A stretch of DNA of 64,000 nucleotides from Tubulanus polymorphus (Eukaryota > Animalia > Nemertea). The translations under genes and the position numbers were made by a program. Of this stretch, positions 13,030-27,087 are shown one piece after another (within the stretch, counting starts at the first letter, position 1; the number at the start of each line of letters is the position of its first letter). Where the stretch lies: positions 7,688,001 through 7,752,000 of the forward strand of contig NC_134031.1 of assembly GCF_964204645.1 (NCBI RefSeq), given 5' to 3'. The notes beneath the pieces were generated by a model. It searched no databases. It worked only from the letters and a program-made list of their open reading frames with translations, and was not told the origin of the DNA.

Positions 13030-13445
13030 AGCCTGTTGCGCACAGGGGACGTTTTCGATTTGCTCGTGTTGAATGAAAAAGTTGTTCGCTGTTGAAAGGT
13101 TTTGCTCGGGGTTGCCCAACATCAAACATGTTTATAAAATTGCTCAGCGATCGCTCAGAGTTGCCGTGTGTGTGGCAGCTGGAGACACCAAGCAACAAGC
13201 AACTCATCAACTAGCCAATGAGTGAGCTAAGGATTATCATGTGATACTTCCAAATACGGCGAGTTCCGAGGCGGTAGCGCGGCCATCTTGACAAGTCACA
13301 TGATATAGATTATTGCCGGGATAGATAATCACCTCTCAGTCTCATTGGCACACTGGAGACACCTAGCGATTGATTGCTCAAGAATCACTTGTAGAACCAA
13401 TCACAGCAACCAGCGACTAAAAAATTGCCCTGTGTGCCCCAGGCT
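13030..13445. mobile_element. Harbinger-like MITE (related fragment at ~23243-23420)
   Basis: AGCCTG..GCGCACAGGG and CCCTGTGTGCCCCAGGCT ends, TAA flanks. Confidence 0.6.
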
Positions 13446-16400
13446 TAAGGATGCACCTCACTGCAGGAAGACACATTCAGAGCTGCCAAGTGTTCCTGAT
13501 TTTTCAGTACATTTTGTATTTTGTCACTATTTCATCTCAAGAAATACTTATTCGATTCATTTGATGTGATCAGGAATGGCTTACTTGCCATTTTTCTACA
13601 TATTTCACAGTGGCCCTATAAAGCCTAACTCGCATCACATAAGATTTGATTGGATTGTGTGTGATTCTGCCTTAAGAGAATGCTCATTAGTTGAATCTCA
13701 AGTCCCTGTCCACTACTACACTTCATCTTGAACTAACTGATGTCATGCAAAATGTAGGTCCCCTCTTTTTGATTACGACCTTAAGTTCCGTCTTTCCGTA
13801 CATTCAGGCAGGCCAGCCTTATCCGCTAGCCTTGAAAATAGAATATGTCTTATGTGATCCGACATGATCAATCTTAATTCTCATGTCACAACGATTCCTT
13901 AAATCGACAATGGGATCTCTAAAGTAGGTCATGTTGTAATTACGTTTAAACAGCTGGGCTTGGTTTTATATACTGGTATAACCTTTAACCCGGGGGGGGG
14001 GGGTGGGGGGGCTAACTTAATTGAAAATGAATTGAGTTAGCCACGGGTTAAAGGTAATACCAGTTTATAAAACTGGCCCCTGAGTATCGGGTCATCTCTC
14101 ACTTGGTCTTAAATGACCCAATGTCAGCAATCCCGTACTTATAGGAACGTCTTCGTCTACGTTGTTGATATCACTCCCGGCGTTATAGGGTGTGAAAGTG
14201 TCGGTGCTGAAAAGGTCAAATTTATAACCGACAAAAAATTCATCGGCAGACAAATCTTGATCAATACTGGCAGATGTATGGACGTAACGACGATGCAGTA
14301 TCTAGCCGAGATCGATACGCTGTTTTCATGGTAACCAATTTTATTTGTTTCCGATATCGATCATCGTCAACCTTTTCTTAATGAGATAGTATCATATTCT
14401 TATAAAGTATCATCTGAACGTTAGTTAGTACTCGTCTGACCTGTTTGAGAGATATCTCGCCGCGGTACAGCGGTGCTGCGACAACATAGGTTTTTTGTAT
14501 ATATCGTTGTGGCTGTCAATTCATATGCGTCTCGAAATGTCGGTTGACGATTCGGATTTCGATGTGATATTTTTGTATGACATCTGTAACCATTTCATGT
14601 ACAGCACAAATCGTGACGATGATGATGATGAAGATGATGACAGGTTTGATTGAGGTTGAACATCAAATATGCAGCATATATTTAAATTGCAGGCATATAT
14701 TCAAATTTCTTTTTATGCCAATTCATGCGAAACAGAGATTGATCACATTGAAGATAATTTGGAATCTCTGTAATTATGTTGTTTAGTAGCTAGCAATTTT
14801 TTTTCTTCAAATTTGTGTCTTCTACTAAGAGTGAAATTTGTAAATGCATGCGTTCACGGTAAACTAGTAGTATCATCGCACCTTGTTACCTTTGTGGGTC
14901 AAGTGGTATTTCATGAAATATCTATATGATATGTGAATTCCTTGTAAGAGAGAAGGCCAAGGGGCAATGAATCTTGAAATCATAGAGTAAAGTAAGGATG
15001 AGCTCAAGATGTTACCCTATGGTAAGGATGACCCCTCTAACATCTCTGCCAATGATATCTAGGAATAGTTTAATGGCAAACATTTTGATCAACTTGTGGT
15101 TTACTTTATCCTAAGCGAGCAGCCATCTTTATTTTTGTAGCAGGAGGTCTTATCTACAAGCCAGTTGAGGCGAGTTTAAGTATAACACCAGGAAATTCAA
15201 TCCCCAGTTGATAACAGTTTAAACCGGTCTTAAAACGAGTCTTTGGGGATAATTCCTGAGTTAACTTTATAAGTCAAGTCTTGAATAATGTAACAGATAG
15301 GAAGTGGTCAGCTTTATCGAATTCTATCTATGCAATTGACATTCATCTCTGCATGCCTGCCCTTCATACGTAGATGGATGTAAAAAATCATGGATGGAGC
15401 CTAACTTATCATCTTCATTTTTAAGTCTGGGTCTGCCTTTATTAGGGTTTTCTGACTTTCGTCGAAAACCCTCTTGAAATTCTGTTGATTATTATTATTA
15501 TATATTTTCCGCCGATTTCGTCAAATAAAATTCATCTTCATTCAGATTCGGCAACTGACAGCTTCGAAACGAAATGTATAAATTGATACTGTAATAATCG
15601 TCTCTCTGAACCAACAGATTGTCTGAATGTACTTTCCATCCTATTTGAAACTTGAAATTACTTATTAGGTTACTGTAAATAAAGAATTGAATTGAATTGT
15701 TAGACAACAAGCACCGGCGAAATAACAGTTTGTGACGTCATTTAGTAAGTAGATAAAGGAGGGCTCCGAGAATTTCCAAATCACGGGGGACTATACTGGG
15801 GTTAGACCATTCAACCAAAAAGAGGATTGCTCCGATAATATCCAAATCATCTCATTTTATTTTTTCCATCGAATACCCGGTAATTAATTTATCCTTTCGA
15901 TCACATGCATCCAGAAAACCCGTTATCGCTGCTTTGCAGCTATATTTATTCTAGTAGCTGTGCATTGCTTTATAACCAATCCATAGTCACTTAGTGTATC
16001 ACATGATTCAGCAAAATGTTGATTCCGACATTCACCATTAGATTATTTGTTAAGATTTTATCCTGTGAAATACTGGTTTTATTTTGTTAGATGGATACAG
16101 AAATGTGAAACGTATTATTCATCGACTATTGGGTTTGAATGTATTTTCTCTCATATATTAATGTAATGTTATTGAAATTCCTTTGTGCATAGGCATCTCT
16201 GACCTCACCGGAAACTATTCCGCCATGGCATGCTGCACCTGTATGGATTACCTCTATTAAGCATAAAGCGTGTGTGATCTGTGGATCTTTCATTCTAATA
16301 AATCATCGGCCACATGAGAAAATCTTTTTTTAGATGACGTTGACGGCGATCATTAAGATACCGGATATAGTGAATGATGGAAGATGGTATAGAGCATGAT

Positions 16401-16570
16401 GGCAGAAGACCTGGTTTATTGATTTTTCTGCTATTCTGTTCTATATCGTGAATAATCCGCTGCTGCTGCTGCTACATGATATCAGTCGATGTCTGGTTAA
16501 GTGCGGCTTCCATTGTCACCGATCATAATTTTTGTTCTTTATTTTTTTAATGTTTTTTCAATAATTTCAG

Positions 16571-16706
16571 AACATTGGGCGATAAGCTAGGCGAAGCGAA
16601 AGCTAGCGGTAACCTTGGCAACACATTTAAAGTTCTTGGTAAATTCGACGAGGCTATAGCGTGCTGTCAAAGACATTTGGACATCTCAAGGGAATTATCA
16701 GATCGG
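16571..16706 (+). CDS. GPSM2: GPSM2 homolog exon, TPR
   Basis: TLGDKLGEAKASGNLGNTFKVLGKFDEAIACCQRHLDISRELSDR; TTTCAG/GTAAGT, phases match neighbours. Confidence 0.95.
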
Positions 16707-17280
16707 GTAAGTTGATATTGGATGTCTTGCCCAAATTCTTTATCATTTACCCACTTGTCCATAATCAGTTTCATAATAACTTTTATAGGCATCTTAGTCC
16801 CATTTCTTGTATCAATGTTTTCTCTATGGTACTGAGCCCCTCATTTAACACTTGGTCTAAGCAGTTGCTAAAGCCCTTACTGTTTTAGATAGATTTACCA
16901 GTGTTTACTATTGCAAACCATTGCACAGTCGCCCGCAGGAGCTGCTGAAGCCCAAAGCTGGTTTAAACAGCCACATAGGATCAACTTTAGAGGAGCAGAG
17001 GATATATTGGACAAAAAGTTGATCGATTTGGTTCAGAACAATTCATTTCATTGTGGTTCTCCGGATATTTGCTGTCCAGAATTCCTTAGGGATAATATAT
17101 TGAGTTGCTTTACCACGAAGCAGGCACAGGTGGAACAAATCAATTCAAGGTATTTCCCGTTAGCTGTTTCCTCAACACGGCTGTGGAGGGTCCTGGATGG
17201 GCACGATCATGTTTTTTTGTAACATAGCAATTTTGTCCCCACCTTTAGCTGCTTTGAGAACTTGGGTTCACTTCATGTAT

Positions 17281-18007
17281 CAGGGATGAGAATTCCCTGC
17301 GGATCCGGGGTTTCCCGCGGATTTCCATATTGAAAAATATCAATTTTCCAAATAGTCCAAAATTGATGTAAAAGTATGGGGGGGGTGATGATCTCACTCA
17401 ATTGGCCCGGCGCGATCGGTAATCAGGTGAACCGTAAAAGCGTTCAGTGCCTGTTTTACTTATGGTTGCGTAAAAGTATCGCATTTCAATGCATATTCAT
17501 TGCAACACTGATTTTGTATCTACATTTGTACTACGATGAGTGTGTATGTATTTTATCGATCGGTTGCAGACACGCGCGTGCGGCAGCGGTAGTAATGTAT
17601 ATAGGCCTACTTACTGCTGCCGCGCGTGTGTGGCGAACGCCTTCAGATATTATACACTACTGGGAGATGATTTTTAGTGAGCATTCATCGGCGCATTTTA
17701 TCTGCAATAATTCAGGGCTCGACCCGTAATTCATGAGATGCTGAATGTCATCGAATGAGGATGTACCACATTGGAACTAGCCATTACCTTCCAAAATATA
17801 ATAGTCGTTCATGGGTTCAAGATCGCTCTAAGTGCTCGGAAAACGCTTTTAATTTCTAAAATTTTCTTGGGGTGGACCCCCAAACCCCTCGAAATCGCTT
17901 CGCACCTTTGGCGCTCGCGAGTGCTGACGGCTACACTGTCAGCTGGTTTCGCGTGTGTAACTCAAGAAAAAAAACCGCGGATTTTATGGTCGGCATTCTC
18001 ATTTCTG
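17281..18007. mobile_element. Non-autonomous DNA transposon (hAT-like CAG...CTG ends) with 6-bp TSD
   Basis: Termini CAGGGATGAGAAT and ATTCTCATTTCTG; ATGTAT on both flanks. Confidence 0.7.
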
Positions 18008-18039
18008 ATGTATGTACAGGTGACTATATTCCTTCTTCG

Positions 18040-18190
18040 CCATGGAACCAAAACTGAAGAACCAATCGATGAGTTAATTGAACTATTGCAGTAAAGACCA
18101 TACCTGTACGATCCAACCATTCTAGATCATGTCAATGCTACTGAGATAACCACCAGCATTTGGCTGGCTATCACTGAAAAAAATGGGACT
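18040..18190 (+). pseudogene. MADF/Myb-SANT-like fragment, probably from a PIF/Harbinger transposon
   Basis: Reads ELIELLQ*RPYLYDPT..H.N......W..I with one in-frame stop. Confidence 0.55.
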
Positions 18191-18339
18191 CAAAAACAAA
18201 ATGTGGCGAGGACAGACATTTCTGCCATGTGGTGTGATGAATGATAGAATTTAAAACAGGCTTGACCGACCAGTGACCAAAACATACATCTACCACCGCA
18301 TGTGTGCCCACCTTGTGGAAAACAGCTTTACTATCCTAA

Positions 18340-18620
18340 GATAAATGTTTCATGCTGCATGCAGGATGATGAACGAAGAGAAATCATCCAGGCGCTTAGC
18401 CCAGGGTGATGAGCATCATCCTTAGACCTGAAGGATACTTATTTCAAGGTGGTTTGCAGAAGTACTTCAGGATGAAGAAGAAAGGTTCCCTGTACCAGTT
18501 GTATGCCCTTCCATGAAGGTGTGCCCGTGCACTCACTTGGGATGATCATCGGGTATTTTTTCAAGAAAGAATATAAAGAGGTGGTAGACTTGGTTTGAGA
18601 TTTAGAGCCTTAGGGTTGCC
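18340..18620 (+). pseudogene. Decayed DIRS reverse transcriptase relic in a GPSM2 intron
   Basis: Manual translation EIIQALSPG**ASSLDLKDTYFKV and KYFRMKKKGSLYQLYALP parallels DVIQGLRPGQWAASLDLKDAYFQV and RFLRIKWKGRQFQFRSLP in the element at the window end. Confidence 0.75.
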
Positions 18621-20046
18621 ATATGTCATATCATTAGCAGAGCCTTGCATCATTTGAGGAGGTTATGGCAATACTGAATAGTCCTCGGTTGATCCCCTTT
18701 TTCTGCTAGAGGTGCTTGAGTACATGAAACCTGATAACTATTCTATAGGAATGTTCACAAAAGTGCACTGTGTCCCTCAATACAGATGGGAGGTCACCTA
18801 GAGAGGTTTCAAATGTCCATGTTTTCACTTTGGAAAACTATAAACCACTGAAAAAGGCTGGCAGTTAGGAAGATTTAGCTCACCTGAAACATCAAGGCAC
18901 CTGTAGATCTGCTATCAAATTAGTACAAGAAACGTAAATCAAGTCAAATTTTTCAGTCTGTTGTATGTTGGAGTAATTGTATAGCGATAATTGTATATGT
19001 AGCTATTAATATCACAGCTAGCTCACAATCGCTACGTGACCAACCCGCTCATAGCCGCTCCTGCAAAGCAGCTAACGGTAAAATGTTGGATCAATTTTTT
19101 TCCACCCACCTCCATGTCCGCCTCCGCTTCCGCCAGCGTCTTGTGCAAAACTAGCCTTATGGAATTCACCACCACTCCAAGGACTCGACCACAAAATCAA
19201 TGGGTTTGCATGGCGGTCATGTCATGCCATAACCTATACATGTATAGATAAATATAATTTTGAAAATCCCATTACTAATTTGCCGATTAACACAGATCCA
19301 TAGGTGAAGTATTTGAACGAAAAAGACTTTGTTCTTTTCGATGACGTCCCAATTAATATTTACCCTGACTTATTTATACTCAAGTTGTGATCAATACATC
19401 GGAGTCGATGTTATGTGTTTCATGTGCATTAATCAATTTTTTTTGGTCGATTTCGGATACGGTACACATTTTTCAATATCTGAGCGTGCGTCTGTCACTA
19501 GGGTTACGCGATGTACTCCTCGCCACAACAACAAGCACAGTGCTTTGGGATGGTGGCATTGATTTTACTTTCAGCCCCCACTTGAAATTACGGTCTACAA
19601 AATCCATTAGTTACTATTTGAAAAGTCTTCAAAACATCTCATCATTGAAAAATACTCTATATGAATCTCACCTGTCCAATAACTGGCTGATTCATGTTTT
19701 ATTCTTTCAAACCAATTAAAATCGTGCCACATGAAACAAATTCATAATTCTGGCTATCCACCTAAACAGTTTATATTTTGGAAGGATTATTTATTGTCTA
19801 ACTGATGGCTGAATTTTTGATGACAGGTCAAAATGTTCTTTAATCAAAGGTTTGAATGTTTCTAAGATTAGGGGCGGATGGGTCTCTGAAAGTCCCTGAA
19901 AATTTCAAAATGCAACGTGCTAAATTTGACTCAAACCTGATCTGTGCCAAATCGTCTCTATGTGGGCTTTACATTGTGGATTCACCCCTGCAAATAGTAT
20001 CAAAATAAGTTCATTATTTTTATAAAGATTTTCTTATATATTGTAG

Positions 20047-20189
20047 GTTGGGGAGGCACGTGCATTATACAACCTTGGCAATGTGTACCATGCGAAAGGA
20101 AAACATGCTGGTCGTAGTGGACATCAAGATCCTGGTGAATTTCCTCAGGAGGTCAAAGACTGTCTACAAAGAGCTACTGAATTCTATGA
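20047..20189 (+). CDS. GPSM2: GPSM2 homolog exon, TPR
   Basis: VGEARALYNLGNVYHAKGKHAGRSGHQDPGEFPQEVKDCLQRATEFY; TGTAG/GTGAGT. Confidence 0.95.
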
Positions 20190-20774
20190 GTGAGTAAAGC
20201 TCGATATCGGATGATGCTGCAAAATAAATTGTATGTTCTAAAGGAATTCTAATGAAATTTAAATTTTTTAATGATTAAATTGATTACATTTTGCTCTTGC
20301 AACAGAGATAAGTCAATAAGTCAGGTCTAATGAACAAATGCTAACTTAAATATGTTACCTACATTCACTTTCGTCATCCACCAGACCAGCCCTTCATCCA
20401 TAGACGGAATCGAGTTATTTTCAGTGTTTAACATGCTATGAAGGATTTTCTTTATATTTGGTTTATGAATGTGATCTTGTGGCCTTTTTGTGCCAAAAAG
20501 GTCATTTTAAGTCTGAATTAATGGGCATGTAGCTCCTTCAAGGCTTGTTATTATATTGAAATTTGGGATGCGTATTCTTTTGTTATATTAAAATTTGAGA
20601 TGCATATATTTTGAAGGATCTCAAACCTATTACACAGGTTTTTCGATCAGTTGATTGTTTTGCAATCAGTGGCCGGCATAGTATCATCAGTCATGTTCAT
20701 AGATAAAGAATGGCTTTGAGGAAAGTAACGACAGGTTTTAAGTCGTATTGTCTGTATAAAATAATTGTTACCAC

Positions 20775-21297
20775 TGTGTTCATGGTATCACACCTGCATA
20801 CAGCTTGGTATTATGACAACTTGAACTTTTACCCCTCAGCCGGTAGTCCCAAAGGGTATTGGGATTGCCTTTGTTCATCTATCTGTCTGACTGTATGTCC
20901 AGTAAGAGCTTGTTTTTGCTCAACGGTCTACACTTTTCAACCAATTTTCTAATAACTTGGTAGGCAGATTAAAGATGGGAAGAAGAATGAGGATGTGCCC
21001 TAATCTTGTTGGCTAGGTCATCAAAGATAGCCACCAGAGCCATATGAGCCATATTTGAGGGAAATATTTTGGACCTTGTTTCCAATTTTACAGTCTACAG
21101 TTTTGGATCATTTCCTCATTACTTGTTATCCAGATTATGGATGGGAGGAGGATGAGCCTTATTGTCTAGAACTTAATGCGTTGTCGAAGATGATTGTAGA
21201 CTGAGGAGCTAAAGAAGCTTTTAATGTTGTTGAGAGGCATTGAATATCCAAGTTGTCAGAATACCAAGCAATATGCAGGTGTGATACCATGAACACA
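20775..21297. mobile_element. Foldback element with ~45-bp inverted repeats
   Basis: TGTGTTCATGGTATCACACCTGCATA (20775-20800) is inverted at 21272-21297, and the match extends imperfectly inwards. Confidence 0.7.
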
Positions 21298-21489
21298 TCT
21301 AACACCTGTAAAAGGATCTTAAAATCCATTATTTAAGTGATCGATAACCTATGTAGTTTTGTTTTGATATTTTATTTGTCATTCACTGTATTTCATTATT
21401 TTTGTTGTACTACTCCATTTCTTGAAAATTGGTATCAGATGTTTTTTCTACTCACCGTTCATTGATACCGTATTAATCCTATTTTGCAG

Positions 21490-21613
21490 AGCCAATTTGA
21501 GAATTGTTCGGGAACTGCAGGATCGTGCCGCTCAAGGTCGCGCTTGTGGTAACCTCGGCAACACGCATTATTTATTAGGAAATTTCAAACAGGCCATTAC
21601 TTACCACGAAGAG
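21490..21613 (+). CDS. GPSM2: GPSM2 homolog exon, TPR
   Basis: ANLRIVRELQDRAAQGRACGNLGNTHYLLGNFKQAITYHEE; TTGCAG/GTACAT. Confidence 0.95.
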
Positions 21614-22112
21614 GTACATTAGAAAGCAAATCTTTCTATATTTACAAAATAAAAAACACAAGTGGTAATAAGTAGGTGATTTAGTTTTGAGCAAGGCCTC
21701 AAGCCGCTATTTAGATTGTTAACATGCTGATGTATCAGATATTGTTTTTGAGTTGTGCCTATCATGATTGCGCCTATCATGATAGCTCAAAACGTTCCTT
21801 CAACACTTTTTATAACCACCGAAAAGAATAATCTGTTTCCCAGAAGAGCATAATCGAAAAGGCCTCAGTTATTGTGCTTATGAGGGCATGGTTTAACTTT
21901 CCAACTAATCGTAAACTAAAATCAGGAAGAAATGAGATTGATTCAGGAGTTGAAATGATTTTGTGAAACTGGATCCTAGACCTAAAAAAAGATTAAATTT
22001 GAGCCAATTAGAAAAATTTATTTCAAATGCATTGATGTTTCTTAATATTACACCAGTAGTTGAGGCTGATTTGATAAAGATTCCGAGATAACGTTTGTTT
22101 CTTTTTTTTCAG

Positions 22113-22228
22113 CGATTATCCATAGCGAAGGAGTTCGGTGACAAATCAGCGGAGAGGAGAGCGTACAGTAACCTAGGAAACGCACATATATTCTTGGGCG
22201 AATTCGACCAAGCTGCAGAACACTATAA
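22113..22228 (+). CDS. GPSM2: GPSM2 homolog exon, TPR
   Basis: RLSIAKEFGDKSAERRAYSNLGNAHIFLGEFDQAAEHY; TTTCAG/GTAGGT. Confidence 0.95.
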
Positions 22229-23598
22229 GTAGGTTGATTGATAAATGAATGGCATTAATCACACAGTGCTATAAATCAGGCTATAAATCAGGTCCAGTTC
22301 ATTGATTTGTGAATGATTGAATTCAAGTTTTAGGAATGTTATGTCGAAGTTGTAGACCCTTTCAGAAAGTTGCTGTTATAGATACTTATACAGTATATAT
22401 CTGCCCATACATACATACATATGGGTTCGAATCCTGGTGGTGACAGAGTTTCTTCGTCGAAGGTTCTTGTCTGCGTGGCACTCAGTGGGTTGAGGATATT
22501 TAAAAAAAACTATTGAACCAGAAGTGCATTTAATTAGGGATCATTCAATTAGTACGTACGCGTGAATTTGCTGATTTTTAACCCCCTACCATAGGCAAAC
22601 TATCCCCTCCCCCATGTGCCTACGCTATAGTAGTATATTAGTAACGACCTCTAATGCAAATGTAAGCATGTGTGGATGAAACATTCTATGTCTCTTTCTG
22701 TGACTTCGACATATGAGACTTGTAAATGCAAGCAATTTATGATTCTTTACACTTGTCTTTGTGAATAAGTGATGAAAAATTTATAGGATGAGCAGAAAAA
22801 TGAAACCCGGCTTATGAGTTACAATGATTCAATGACAACGTTCGTACTGCATATGGAGTACAGTGCATACAGCTGTTCATAACCCTAACCCATACTCCTT
22901 ACATACACAACCATACATATTTTGAATAGAATTTTCAAACCTCCTGCCCAATGCGTACGTACTAATTTAATGGTCCCATAGAACAAACTGATAACATTTT
23001 GGTATACTCGGTTCATAAGCTATGGAAACTCGTTCATGTGAGGTAAGTCAATGCGAGGATTTAGATTTTTGGTTGAGTAGATTGGTAAGATGGTGGGTAT
23101 TTACTACATCTTTCTATATTTCAATACGTTGCTGTCTTGGTTTACTCTCTCAGAATACCTCTCCTCGAATGGAGCTTCGCAAATGGAGCCAGTCAGTTGA
23201 GAAACCAGGCTAAACAAATGCCATTTTATGGAAGCCTACATTAAAGCCTGGCGCACATAGGCAACGTTTTCTAGCAATTCCCGAGCAAACGCCCAATTTG
23301 CTCAGTGTCGAATGAAAAAATTGCTCCTCTGTGGCAACGGGAGACAGAAATCGTTGTCGAAAGGATTTACTCCAATATCAAACATGTTTGATATGGGGGA
23401 ATGGAAAATTGCTCATCGCTCATTGATCATTTAGGTCACTATTTGCGTTGTTTTCATATTGTTATAAAAGCACGCGTGAATGAAAAAGTTGCGCGGTAAC
23501 ATCTTTTAGGTAAAAGTTATAGATATCAGCTTGGAGTAATCATTTGAAATGATTACCCCAAGATATCACCATCGATTGATCGTATATTTCCATTTCAG

Positions 23599-23863
23599 GA
23601 AAACGTTGCAAATCGCGAAACAATTAACGGACAAGGCTTTAGAAGCGCAAGCTTGCTATAGTTTAGGTAACACATACACATTGTTACGTGACTATGAAAC
23701 GGCTATCGAATATCATTCCCGCCATTTGCTTATCGCTCAAGAGCTCAAGGACCGTGTCGGCGAGGGTCGTGCGTGTTGGAGCCTCGGCAATGCCCACACT
23801 GCGCTCGGTAACCACGAGAAAGCGTTGTATTACGCCAATCGTCACCTGGAAATATCCGAAGAG
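23599..23863 (+). CDS. GPSM2: GPSM2 homolog exon, TPR
   Basis: KTLQIAKQLTDKALEAQACYSLGNTYTLL...GEGRACWSLGNAHTALGNHEKALYYANRHLEISEE; TTTCAG/GTGAGT. Confidence 0.95.
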
Positions 23864-24526
23864 GTGAGTTTAGTGGTAGATGGAATTATTCGCATCAAAT
23901 ACCTTAGAAATATAGATTTCAATTGGGTTTTGAATATGATTGTTAAAAAAAGATTATACGCCCTGTTTCGCTCCCCGAATACAACCGTTGAAATCTTTCT
24001 TTTCATTCTTTTGCTAATAATGATGCCCTTGTATTTATCGATCACTAACTACCTTGTAGATAAGGACTAGAAATTATTTAGAACATTTCGCAAAAAAGAA
24101 AACCGTTTGGTATCTTGTGCCAACATTCCAACAGTGGGAAATGACAGTGCTTTATCTAGTGCTTCATCTCTTCTGCTTGTTTGTCTCAACTTAAGTCACA
24201 TTTTTCTCTAAAATTCCAGTCATCTGCGCTTTGTAGCTCAGACAGCTCTTCAACGTGTGGCGCTAAACATTCATACATGATAATGATACATGTACACGGT
24301 ACATGTACATGCTTGTAGTAATGTCTAATTGTGTGTAGATACAACTTAAACTAAGATCCAGAAACCAGAATATCTTTAATTTCTGATTAGTTTTGATTTT
24401 TTGAATTGGATGCCCTGAAGAGCAGCTGGTTCTGACTCTTAGTCACCAAATTCATCAAGCTCTTCTTCAGTTCCATCTGCTTTTTCCTGGGCTTTTGTTT
24501 TGGGCAGAATTAATCAACCAGTTTTT

Positions 24527-25753
24527 TTAGCCCACTTGGGACTTTAGTCCCAGCGGGCTATTGCGTTCACTTTTCGTCCGTCGTCCGTCCGTAGATGGAA
24601 TCCAGTTATTTTGGGAAGTTTTGAAGACGCTTCAATGTAATGTCTTGATATTTGGGTTACACATGTATCTACCCTAGACACATCATCAGCCCAAAAACTG
24701 GCCCTGTCAGAATCAAGATGGCCGACTGGCAGCCATTGTTGTTCACCAAAATCAGCACCTTTTACACATTTTTGAGGGAAATTTTGAAGACGCTTTGATC
24801 AATTTCCTTGATCTTTCGTTTATATTTGATACCCGAAGACCCATCAGCTTCAGAAAAATTGGGTCGATCGGACTCAAGTTGCCCATCCTATGACCTTTTT
24901 AGTGCCCAAAAATGTCAATTTTGGCCAGAATTCTGGGTCCTGTAGCTTCCTACTGGTTTGCCATTTCTCATTGCAATTTGTGATGGGTATTCTTTGGAAA
25001 GGGATGTTTTATACCTGAGACAGGTATTCTTGATCAGCCAATTATGACGCAATTGGCGGCCATCTTGGTGTCATCAGTACTCATTCGTAAGTGGGAAAAA
25101 GTTTTTCCACATTATATTGATACCTAAGTATATTGTGTTACTACAATCAATTGGAAAGTTGTAGTTCATGATGTATTCTATGATTTTGAGTTTCAAGGTC
25201 ATTGGTTATTGTATATGGCCACCAGGGGGCGTTAAATAATACAATAACTTAGTATTTCTATATTATATTTGTACCTATTCATATTTTGTAACCACAATCG
25301 ATTGCAAAGTTGTAGCTCATGACATCGTCTATGATTGTGGTAAGTTTTGAGGACATTATTTATTCTATATGGTCACCAGGGGGCGTTGAATAGTAGAATA
25401 ACTTAGTATTTCCTTATTAGATTGGTACCTAGGCATATTTGTTTCCATGATCAATTGCAAAGTTGTAGTTCATGACATTTTCCATGATTCTGGTGAGTTT
25501 CAAGGTCATTGGGTTTAGCATATGGTCACCAGGGGGCATTGATTAGTAACGCAACTGAGTATTTCCATATTAGATTGGTAACGAGGCATATTTTGTTATC
25601 GCAATAAATTACAAGGTCATTGGTGGGTTTCAAGGTCATTTGTTCAAGGTTTTTGTATATGGTCACCAGGGGGCGTTGAATATTGGAATTTTTGGATTGT
25701 TGTGCATTTGAAACCACTTCCCAAGTGGGCATGTTGTCCCTGGACCCCTAGTT
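24527..25753 (+). mobile_element. Helentron-associated HINE/DINE-1-like element with internal tandem array
   Basis: T-rich insertion site, subterminal IR GCCCACTTGGGA/TCCCAAGTGGGC, (CCGT)n microsatellite, about four ~153-bp units each with TGG(C/T)CACCAGGGGGC, and end GGACCCCTAGTT. Confidence 0.85.
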
Positions 25754-27087
25754 TTTCATATAGATAATTTTGGTGAGAACAAAGTTATCCAACAGGCTTG
25801 GAGGCCAGTTTTTATAAGTTGAGACTTATAATAATGATAATAAAAATCTAATGAAATTTCTATAGTGCCTGTTCCATATACAAAAGGCTTTGGACTCTTT
25901 TTGTCTGCTAAGCACGCTAAGAAATTGCGATTTACACCAAGTCCTGATTCTGGAACTGGACCCTGTTGCTTTGTAGATGACAGAGGTTAAAACTTTTCTT
26001 CAGTTTTGAAGTAGATTTTAATTACATTAATCGTAGAAATACTTCATGAGGACTCCATGCTTCCAGATGGCATGCCTGACATTAGAACATTACATTGAGT
26101 AATTAATTTTCATTTAACGTCTGTAGGATTGATTTTTTGGGTTCATATCAGCACAATATCCCTTGGTCTCATTTTGAAAATGCTGTCTGTTAGATCCTCG
26201 CTTGCCATAAGTGGAATCCTCAATCCTGGCATTGATTACGGAGTCCTCATTAAGTACACATCGTTGACTGAGAAATTTCAATTTGATGAAATCTAGTGGT
26301 AAAATACTGTTTTTTCCTTCCCTCACACTTTATGTGTCTAAATAAACTACCTGGTCTGTGTGTTGCGTTGCGTATATCCTGTGGTGAGTACTTCTTGATT
26401 TAAAAGTTACTTATAATTCGATTCTTTGAGCACTTTTCATTCATTCATTTATTTTTTTTAAATGTTGTGTCATATTTAGTAGGAAGCTTTTTTGTGTCCT
26501 CGCCGTTCGAATTTTCCAGATGAATTTTCAAATGTTTGATCATGTCATTATATCTCATGAGCCCCATGTCTTGTACTGTAGTTTGCGGTACATGTTTATA
26601 TGATTTAACTATCGACACAATACTATATAGCTCAATAATTCTGATAGAACTAATGATAGTATGAGAAGATTTTATAAATCCAGATGACTGTTGATTAGAT
26701 TTCAGTACTTCTTCAAATTGCCTGACTGATTTTAGCTTAGCGATCAAATGAAAAGAAAATACAAAAACAATTCCGATATTTGTCTGAAGAGACATTTGCT
26801 TGATCAATATAGCATGTCTCTTGGAATGTACCCTCCCCTCAACTTTCCCTAGAAATGCCTGATGTTTACCTGACCAGGGTAGCATATAATTCAGAGAATA
26901 TCTGGGGAGTTGTAGCATCAATTCAGATGCCACTTGCCCAGTCCTGTCTTAAGTCCAGAAGTTGTCTTGAATAATAAGTTGCAATAAAACTTTTGCAGGT
27001 GTCATTATATACTTTCATGTATAAGCCTGCTAGGGACTTATTAGGGCTATTGCCTTCACTTTTTGTCACTTCTCTGAATAGCTGAGT

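Noticed and set aside
25100-25700. Regularly spaced GGTCACCAGGGGGCG motifs resembling a CRISPR array or CTCF site cluster
   Set aside because: The spacers are homologous to each other (whole ~153-bp units repeat) and lie inside a eukaryotic transposon.
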